Of a stretch of 64,000 bases of DNA, positions 48,601 through 54,710 are shown one piece after another. A program made the position numbers and the translations under genes. Numbering within the stretch: the stretch's first letter is position 1; every line of letters begins with the position of its first letter. The DNA is from Bacteroidota bacterium (GTDB lineage Bacteria > Bacteroidota > Bacteroidia > JABDFU01): positions 2,190 to 66,189 of the forward strand of contig JACPDY010000001.1 in the NCBI GenBank assembly GCA_016183775.1. Reading direction: 5' to 3'. The notes beneath the pieces were generated by a model, which saw only the letters and a list, made by a program, of their open reading frames with translations, did not search any database and was not told the origin of the DNA.

Positions 48601-50081
48601 ACATTTCCCATGTTGTCTGTTACGATAGAATTTCCCCAGTCAGTATTCCCACCACCATATAAAGTGGCCCAAAGGCGAATTCCGGAATTACTGAATTTAA
48701 GGATAAAAACATCGGTTTTATTAGAAAAACCATTGCTGAAATATGCACCACCAGCGGGATTGTACGTGGGGAATGGAGCGACATTGTCAACCCGTTCTGA
48801 GCGCCCTGTTACAAAAATATTTCCCATATTGTCCGTTGCCATAGACTGTGGCATTTCAAACCCGTTTCCTCCATAAAAAGTAGACCAAAGAAGAACACTT
48901 CCAGAAGTAAATTTCATTATAACTAAGTCAAATCCTTGAAATCCTCCCGCATACACTCCGTCAAAATAGGCTCCGCCGCCGGGGTTTAATGTGGGGAAAC
49001 TATTTTGTCCGGCATTCGGTCCGCTAGCCGTGTAAGCACAAATAAATAGATTGCCGGCTGCATCAGTGGCAACATCCATGATACCTCCATCTTGAGCACC
49101 TGCGCCATCTAGAAGAGTACTCCAAATAAGCTGTGGGTCGATGATTAAAGTAGATGTGAGATATGAGATGTGAGATAAGAGATGAAACGAAACAGAAGTT
49201 TCGTACCCTTCATCAACCTGCGTTGGTCGGCAAGAGTTTACATTTGTTTTTACAAATTTAGTTCTGATGCTCTCCCCTGTTTCTTTAATGTAACTAACCG
49301 GCGCGTTTTCTGTTAATGTGCCGTAAGGCGTTTTTATTTCAATGTTTCCCTGTTCATCAAACCGAAGTTTTTTTCCTGAGCGGTAAAGCAATTTAATGTT
49401 CGCTGGAACAGCACCGGGATGTACTTCAAAATCATATTTAAATCCTTTGTTATTGCTGTTATAAAATATCCAGTCGATGCCTGGATATACATTTTTAATA
49501 ATTATTTTGGAGTATGTGTGTACATCTGTCACTCCATTGGGACAATGTCCCAGAAAATATTGGTTAAACATTAAAGACTTGCCTTCCGTAACAATGTTTT
49601 CTTTTTTAATGCTGGCACCCTCCAGGTCCATGTCAATCCGGCTCCAGTTAAATGATTTAAATTCTTCTTCCCCTGTACTGAGCGTAGTCAAAGCATCTTC
49701 TTCTATTGATCCGTACGGTTCGCCTTGTTTATTTTTTTCTTTATTATTGCCTCGGTGTAATCCTTCCGGTTCTTTTTCTTCCTCATCTTTTGTCACACTG
49801 AGCCCCGTCGAAGCGTCTTTTATATCTTCCATGAAACAATAAGTAAGTCCTTTTTCTGTAACAAAGAGGTTCATGCCTGGTGCGGTTACCTGGTATAAAA
49901 CAAAGGGTACAGGTTTTCCCTGCATGTCTGTCATCTGTCCTTTGTTCTCTGTAAATTGTACGGGTTGTTCTTTCAGCCATTGCTGTGCCTGCTTTTTGAG
50001 TTCAGCTTCGTTCTCTGTTTTTGCTGCAAACAATGAAAGGCCTGCGAGAAAAAAAAGTAGGTATGTGAAAAGTTTTTTCAT
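45642..50081 (-). CDS. Giant secreted SBBP / SprB-repeat protein, tandem copy B
   Basis: 1479 aa with the signal MKKLFTYLLFFLAGLSLFAAKTENE and the same architecture as A and C. A 20-nt spacer separates it from gene A. Confidence 0.9.
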   Translation of the reverse strand: MKKLFTYLLFFLAGLSLFAAKTENEAELKKQAQQWLKEQPVQFTENKGQMTDMQGKPVPFVLYQVTAPGMNLFVTEKGLTYCFMEDIKDASTGLSVTKDEEEKEPEGLHRGNNKEKNKQGEPYGSIEEDALTTLSTGEEEFKSFNWSRIDMDLEGASIKKENIVTEGKSLMFNQYFLGHCPNGVTDVHTYSKIIIKNVYPGIDWIFYNSNNKGFKYDFEVHPGAVPANIKLLYRSGKKLRFDEQGNIEIKTPYGTLTENAPVSYIKETGESIRTKFVKTNVNSCRPTQVDEGYETSVSFHLLSHISYLTSTLIIDPQLIWSTLLDGAGAQDGGIMDVATDAAGNLFICAYTASGPNAGQNSFPTLNPGGGAYFDGVYAGGFQGFDLVIMKFTSGSVLLWSTFYGGNGFEMPQSMATDNMGNIFVTGRSERVDNVAPFPTYNPAGGAYFSNGFSNKTDVFILKFSNSGIRLWATLYGGGNTDWGNSIVTDNMGNVFVTGWTNSMMTVGNPPQFPTYNPGGGAYFQVPNSSGMMDLFILKFNNTGILLWATCYGGNEDEAGHSIVVDNFGNVFITGVSGVFENPSLNSSSFPIYTPAGTYSQSYGGGSNYAGVFNGDVIILKFSNNGVRLWATFYGGKGNDYGYSIATDCSGNVFITGSTKSTDLPTLSPGGNSYYKSTLSGYSDAFILKFDNNGMRLWATYYGGSSAEYSLGLLPSILARGPAELLTHNNIQTDECGHLFVSFETGSSDIPVQFLSGAYFDGTSNGSNDIYLARFSNTGVLQWGTYFGGNGNDFRSPITLDNVGNLFVGGEWTEFNSAAVSNTTYPLANAGVGTYFNNSFNGGRDDMYIAKLGFKPESSTTLESEQHNPIGCNACNGKVKVTAQCDMPGISYIWSTGRTVLNTAVTSDSISGLCAGNYWVEVTSACGNKDTARFSLSDINCGCSMSASIVENPSIKCFGATGGAIVTVSNGPAGPYTYSWSNGTKAITSSVSNQATNLQAGTYTVTVNTGSCVSVSTIVLSQPTPLLPKITQPVCAANLGTATASASGGFPPYLYTWSTGSTSPTATGLGLGAYSVTITDSKGCASSELTSIYEPMSVSTSSENIACTGYSYAGVTASGPTLYSYTYSWSNGSTVGGNCGNPCLNKNLAAGTYTVTVTDGNGCTVTRSVTITGSSAASATFTSPPVCLNQPSCFTHTGSAGTHSWTIEAPVNVSGTTTNFCTTFLTAGTYSVTHTVTNAGCTNAVTQYINVTNCNSPAITTTGASVCPGVCATITASAVGGAPPYTYLWSNGVTTQNNTPAPCPLVTTTYTVTIKDTGGNTSTSTAVVTVNPAVTVNTTATNISCNGGTNGNANANPTSGTPGFTYSWSNLVSGSTVSGLSAGNYTITLTDSKGCTATSTTAITSPPPLSVLFTKGTANCIGCGCKEWIMINATGGIEPYSYTWPDGYVNRYKNQLCPGTYSINVKDKNGCSVNVNLTAP
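49151..49185. repeat. In-CDS 5 x 7-nt array, TGAGATN family
   Basis: GTAGATG TGAGATA TGAGATG TGAGATA AGAGATG. It is read on the - strand as ..LLSHISYLTST.. in the linker before the first propeller blade of gene B. Confidence 0.85.
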
Positions 50082-50103
50082 GGGTATAGCATTGTCTTAT
50101 TAA

Positions 50104-53100
50104 TCAGGGTGCTGTAAGATTAACATTCACACTGCATCCATTCTTATCCTTAATGTTAATTGTATATGTTCCCGGACAAAGCTGATTTTTATACCTGTTC
50201 ACATATCCATCCGGCCATGTGTAGCTGTATGGATTTGTACCTCCTGCAGCGTTAATAATTATCCATTCTTTGCATCCACAACCACTGCAGCTTGCTGTTC
50301 CTTTTGTAAATTGTCCTGACAAGGGTGGAGGAGAAGTTATAGTGGCTGTTGATGTTGCTGTACAACCTTTGCTATCTGTTACTGTAACTGTGTAGATCTG
50401 AGATGTGAGATTTGAGATCTGAGATGTTGTTCCGCCATTACTCCAGGTGTAAATAAATCCTGGCGTACCATTGTTTGGATTTGCATTCGCGCTGCCGTTT
50501 GTGCTACCGTTGCAGTTTATGTTGGTTACAGTTGTGCTTAAGCTAACAGAAGGATTAACATTGACTACTGCGGTTGTAGTAGATGTATTTCCGCCGGAGT
50601 CGGTTACGGTTACAGTATATATTGTAGTTGCAGCAGGGCAGGGGTTTATATTTTGTGTAGTTGCGCCGTTATTCCACAAATAGGTATAAGGGCCGGTGCC
50701 GCCTGTACTACTTGATGTTATTGCTGCACAGGAGCCCGGACATACAGAGGTGCCGGTAGCTGTAACCGTTGGGCCATTACAATTAGTTCCATTTATATAT
50801 TGGGTTACTGTATTGGTGCATCCTGCGTTTGAAACTGTATGGGTAACACTATAGGTACCTGCGGTTAAAAAGGTATAACAAAAATTTGTTGTTGAGCCGC
50901 TTACACTCACAGGTGGTCCAATGGACCACGTATGTGTGCCTGCAGAACCCGTATGTGTAAAACAAGTGGCCTGATTTATGCAGGCTGGCGGGGCAGTAAA
51001 AGTTGCTGAAGCTGCACTTGATCCTGTAATGGTAACCGAACGGGTAACTGTACATTCATTACCATCGGTTACTGTAACTGTATATGTTCCCGCCGCGAGG
51101 TTTTTATTCAGGCAGGGGTTGCCACAATTTCCTCCTACTGTAGAGCCATTACTCCAGCTGTAAGTATAAGGGGATGTGCCAAAATTAGTGGTTATGCCTG
51201 CATAACTGTACCCGCTACAGGTAATATTTCCGCTGCTAGGACCCACAAGCATTGGTTCCTTAATTGATGTGAGTTCAGATGAAGTGCATCCTTTGGAGTC
51301 GGTAATGGTAACTGTATATGTTCCCAGATTTAATCCAGTTGCTGCTGGTGATGTGGAGCCGGTACTCCATGAGTACAAATAAGGAGGGGATCCACCTGTG
51401 GCGCTTGCTGTGGCTGTACCTAAATTTGCCGCGCAAACCGGCTGGGTAATTTTAGGGATAACAGGAAGTGGTTGACTTAGCGTTACGGAGGATACGGAGA
51501 CACAGGAACCGGTAATTACTCTTACAGTATATGTTCCGGCTGGCAAGTTTGTTGCCTGATTTAAGGTCGAAGAAGTAATGGCGTTAGTGCCATTACTCCA
51601 ATTATAGGTATAAGGGCCGCCGGGCCCGTTGCTTACTGTTACTATCGCGCCTCCTGTTGTGCCTATACATTTGATACCGGGGCTTTCAATAATGGAGGCA
51701 GACATACTGCATCCGCAATTAACATTGCTAAGTGAAAACCAGGCTGTGTCTTTTTCCCCGCAGGCGGAAGTTACTTCAACCCAGTAATTACCCGCGCATA
51801 AACCGGATATACTATCGGATGCCGCCGTGATGTTCAAAACAGTTCGTCCGGTACTCCATACATAACTTAAGCCGGCCATATCGCATTTGGCGGTTACTTT
51901 TGCTTTTCCGTTGCAGGCGCTGCATCCCACAGGATTATCCTGCCGGCTTTCCAGCTTATTTATTTCCGGCTCAAAACCAAGTTTGGCAATATACATGTCA
52001 TCCCTGCCGCCATTGAATGAATTATCATAATAAGCCCCTCCACCCGGAGTTGTAAGCGGATAGGTAGCATTGTTTATTGATGGGATATTATTAATAGTCC
52101 ACTCTCCGGCAACGAACAAATTTCCGAAATCATCTAACGCTATTGGGCTTCGAAAATCATTCCCATCGCCGCCGAAATAGGTACCCCATTGTAAAACTCC
52201 TGTATTGGAAAAACGGGCCAGGTAAATATCGTTATACCCGTTAAAAGTTCCGTCAAAATAGGCTCCTGAAAGAAATTGCACAGGAATGTCGGATGACCCT
52301 GTTTCAAACGACACAAAGAGATGCCCGCATTCATCCGTTTGTATATTGCTCCAGGTTGGTATAGCCGGTACAACACCATCATCGTATTCATTCATAGCAC
52401 CCCCATAATAAGTTGCCCAAAGCCTTTTTCCGGCGTTGTCGAATTTAAGGATAAACGCATCGTTGCTGCCACTTAATATTGATTTATAGTAGGAATTTCC
52501 GCCGGTATTAAGGGTAGGTAGATCGGTTGATTTAGTTGAACCTGTTACAAAAACATTACCGCTGCAATCGGTGGCTATGGAATTGCCAACATCAGAATCA
52601 GAACCGCCATAAAAAGTTGCCCAAAGCTGAACGCCACTGCTGCTGAATTTTAAAATAAAAGCGTCTCCACCATACAATCCATAACACATGCAAACAGTTG
52701 AGAATGGGCCCCCGCCATAAGCCTGAAAGTATGCCCCTGCCGGGCCCGGATTGGTGGGGAAATTATTTGATGGCGTTTTAGTTGCACCTGTTTTTCCTGT
52801 TACAAATACATTTCCAATTCCATCCACAGCTATGGAGTTGCCGGTATCTTCCGCAGAACCGCCATAAAAGGTTGCCCATTGCCTTATTCCCGAATTTGTG
52901 AATTTCAGAATAAACGCATCTGTTCCATTGGCTGCGTTTGCTCCCTGGAAGTATGCTCCTCCCAAGGCGTTTTGAGTTGGGAAAGTAGTTTGGGGAGGGG
53001 TATTATAATGAGAGATTGTGTACCCTGTCACAAACACATTTCCCGCATTATCCGTAATTATAGAATTTCCTCGGTCATCTCCACCACCTCCGTAATAGGT

Positions 53101-54429
53101 GGCCCACAGACGAACTCCGGCATTATTGAATTTCAGAATAAAGACGTCGGAACCATTCATAGTCCCGGAACCTCCTGCAAATGCCCCCTGGAAGTATGCT
53201 CCCGCACCTGGATTTTGAGTGGGAAAATTCGCTGTTGATGAATTATAAATGGGGTCATATCCGGATCCCGTATACCCCGTTACAAAAACATTTCCGGCAT
53301 TGTCAACAGTTATGGAATTGGCGAGATCTTTTTCGCCGCCACCATAATAAGTTGACCAAAGGCAAACACCTGATGGATTAAATTTTAAAATCACTGCATC
53401 TAAATATGCGAAAAAAGCCCCCCCTCCGTACACTCCCTGAAAATAAGCGCCGTTTCCGGGATTTATTGTAGGAAAAGTATTCTGAGTCACGTTGCCACCT
53501 GTATAACCACAAATAAATAGATTGCCAGCTGCATCAGTAGCAATATCCATGAAACCTCCATCCTGACTGGTCCAACTGGGAGAACTTGCGCCATCGTAAA
53601 ATGTTGACCAAACAAGTTGAGGGTCGATGATTAGGGTTCCGGGTTCAAGGTTCCGGGTTCCGTGTTCTAAATTAAATACAACTTGTGTTTCGTACCCTTC
53701 ATCAACCTGTGTGGGGCGGCAAGTAGTTACTTTTGTTTTTACAAATTTAGTTCTGATGTTCTCACCGGTTTCTTTAATGTAACTTATCGGCGCGTTTTCG
53801 GTTAATGTGCCGTATGGTGTTTGTATTTGTATATTGCCTTCTTGGTCAAAATGAAGGCGCTTGCCGGACCGGTAAAGTAATTTAATACTACCGGGATCAG
53901 CCCCGGGATGTACAGCAAAATCATATTTAAATCCTTTTTCGCCGCTGTTGTAAAATACCCAGTCAATACCGGGATAGATTTCTTTAATAGTAATTTTTGT
54001 ATAACTATGCACATCCAATACCCCATCTGGACAACCTGCCTTGCCGGCAGGCAGGTGACCCAGGTAGTACTGGTTAAAAGAATTTGATCTGCCTTCGGTT
54101 ATAATATTCGATTTTTTAATAGAAGCTCCTGCAAGGCCCATGTCAATGCGGCTCCAGTTAAATGGTTTAAATTCGCCTTCCTCCTCCGTAGGTACGGGTA
54201 ATCCCGTTTTTTCTTCGCGTTCGTTTTCCATGCTGAGCGCCGTCGAAGCATCTTTTACTTCTTCCATAAAGCAATACGTAAGTCCCTTTTCAGTAATAAA
54301 AAGATTCACGCCCGGTGCTCCGACCTGGAAAAGAACAAATGGTACAGGTTTGCCATTCATATCTGTCATAATAGTGGAGAGCATTAATATTCCATATTTG
54401 CAGGAAATATTTAAAAATCTATGGTTCAT
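50104..54429 (-). CDS. Giant SBBP / SprB-repeat protein, tandem copy C, 5'-truncated (no signal peptide; possible silent or pseudogene copy)
   Basis: The reading frame is intact, but similarity to copy B begins exactly at the Met codon at 54367-54369 (MTDMNGKPVPFVLFQ...). The 20 upstream codons (MNHRFLNISCKYGILMLSTI) are unrelated. The signal peptide and the AAKTENE...QAQQWL...F.ENKGQ segment are missing. Confidence 0.75.
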   Translation of the reverse strand: MNHRFLNISCKYGILMLSTIMTDMNGKPVPFVLFQVGAPGVNLFITEKGLTYCFMEEVKDASTALSMENEREEKTGLPVPTEEEGEFKPFNWSRIDMGLAGASIKKSNIITEGRSNSFNQYYLGHLPAGKAGCPDGVLDVHSYTKITIKEIYPGIDWVFYNSGEKGFKYDFAVHPGADPGSIKLLYRSGKRLHFDQEGNIQIQTPYGTLTENAPISYIKETGENIRTKFVKTKVTTCRPTQVDEGYETQVVFNLEHGTRNLEPGTLIIDPQLVWSTFYDGASSPSWTSQDGGFMDIATDAAGNLFICGYTGGNVTQNTFPTINPGNGAYFQGVYGGGAFFAYLDAVILKFNPSGVCLWSTYYGGGEKDLANSITVDNAGNVFVTGYTGSGYDPIYNSSTANFPTQNPGAGAYFQGAFAGGSGTMNGSDVFILKFNNAGVRLWATYYGGGGDDRGNSIITDNAGNVFVTGYTISHYNTPPQTTFPTQNALGGAYFQGANAANGTDAFILKFTNSGIRQWATFYGGSAEDTGNSIAVDGIGNVFVTGKTGATKTPSNNFPTNPGPAGAYFQAYGGGPFSTVCMCYGLYGGDAFILKFSSSGVQLWATFYGGSDSDVGNSIATDCSGNVFVTGSTKSTDLPTLNTGGNSYYKSILSGSNDAFILKFDNAGKRLWATYYGGAMNEYDDGVVPAIPTWSNIQTDECGHLFVSFETGSSDIPVQFLSGAYFDGTFNGYNDIYLARFSNTGVLQWGTYFGGDGNDFRSPIALDDFGNLFVAGEWTINNIPSINNATYPLTTPGGGAYYDNSFNGGRDDMYIAKLGFEPEINKLESRQDNPVGCSACNGKAKVTAKCDMAGLSYVWSTGRTVLNITAASDSISGLCAGNYWVEVTSACGEKDTAWFSLSNVNCGCSMSASIIESPGIKCIGTTGGAIVTVSNGPGGPYTYNWSNGTNAITSSTLNQATNLPAGTYTVRVITGSCVSVSSVTLSQPLPVIPKITQPVCAANLGTATASATGGSPPYLYSWSTGSTSPAATGLNLGTYTVTITDSKGCTSSELTSIKEPMLVGPSSGNITCSGYSYAGITTNFGTSPYTYSWSNGSTVGGNCGNPCLNKNLAAGTYTVTVTDGNECTVTRSVTITGSSAASATFTAPPACINQATCFTHTGSAGTHTWSIGPPVSVSGSTTNFCYTFLTAGTYSVTHTVSNAGCTNTVTQYINGTNCNGPTVTATGTSVCPGSCAAITSSSTGGTGPYTYLWNNGATTQNINPCPAATTIYTVTVTDSGGNTSTTTAVVNVNPSVSLSTTVTNINCNGSTNGSANANPNNGTPGFIYTWSNGGTTSQISNLTSQIYTVTVTDSKGCTATSTATITSPPPLSGQFTKGTASCSGCGCKEWIIINAAGGTNPYSYTWPDGYVNRYKNQLCPGTYTINIKDKNGCSVNVNLTAP
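50392..50426. repeat. In-CDS 5 x 7-nt array, TGAGATN family
   Basis: GTAGATC TGAGATG TGAGATT TGAGATC TGAGATG. It encodes ..TSQISNLTSQIY.. in the penultimate SprB repeat of gene C. Confidence 0.85.
53634..53668. repeat. In-CDS 5 x 7-nt array, GGGTTCM family
   Basis: GGGTTCC GGGTTCA AGGTTCC GGGTTCC GTGTTCT. It encodes ..EHGTRNLEPGT.. at the site homologous to 49151-49185. Confidence 0.85.
54033..54057. repeat. In-CDS copy of the AACCTGCCT..CCGGCAGGCAGGT palindrome (in-frame 21-nt insertion)
   Basis: AACCTGCCTTGCCGGCAGGCAGGTG matches 21071-21095 at 22 of 25 positions. It adds LPAGKAG inside the otherwise conserved GHCP.G motif. Confidence 0.85.
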
Positions 54430-54467
54430 GCCCTTTTGATTTTACTTCGTAAATTTCATAGTATATT

Positions 54468-54686
54468 TTACCACATCCTAAACAAATCTTCGTACATCAT
54501 TGAATGTGGCCGGTTATAAATATCTTCCGGCACTTTCATTTTTGATTTCTTAAAGGCGGATAATGTTTTCGATGAAGTCCGGGGCTTAACTTTTCTTCCA
54601 TTTAATTTTTTTTCTTTTTTCATTTGCACATTTGTTGTTTTACGAATAAAGTTATGGTTTTCTTGCATGACTGATATTATATACAA
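54468..54686 (-). CDS. Small basic hypothetical protein
   Basis: 72-aa ORF, lysine-rich (KKEKKLNGRKVKPRTSSKTLSAFKKSKMK). It has no recognisable family, several possible internal starts, and sits between the protease and giant copy C. Confidence 0.3.
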   Translation of the reverse strand: MYIISVMQENHNFIRKTTNVQMKKEKKLNGRKVKPRTSSKTLSAFKKSKMKVPEDIYNRPHSMMYEDLFRMW

Positions 54687-54710
54687 ATGGTTAAATCCAT
54701 TTATATCTGG

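Noticed and set aside
41125-54429. Many 60-155-aa ORFs overlapping the giant genes, on the opposite strand or in alternative frames of the same strand (e.g. 43277-43636, 49477-49842, 52879-53238; likewise 7428-7895 and 2587-2940 in the + strand giants)
   Set aside because: They are shadow frames of long, clearly coding, repeat-rich genes. Their translations are low-complexity and none has its own motif or spacer.
41125-54429. Diversity-generating retroelement acting on the variable C-terminal repeats
   Set aside because: No reverse transcriptase, Avd-like gene or template repeat with adenine-specific differences is seen anywhere in the window. The mosaic pattern is better explained by recombination between paralogs.
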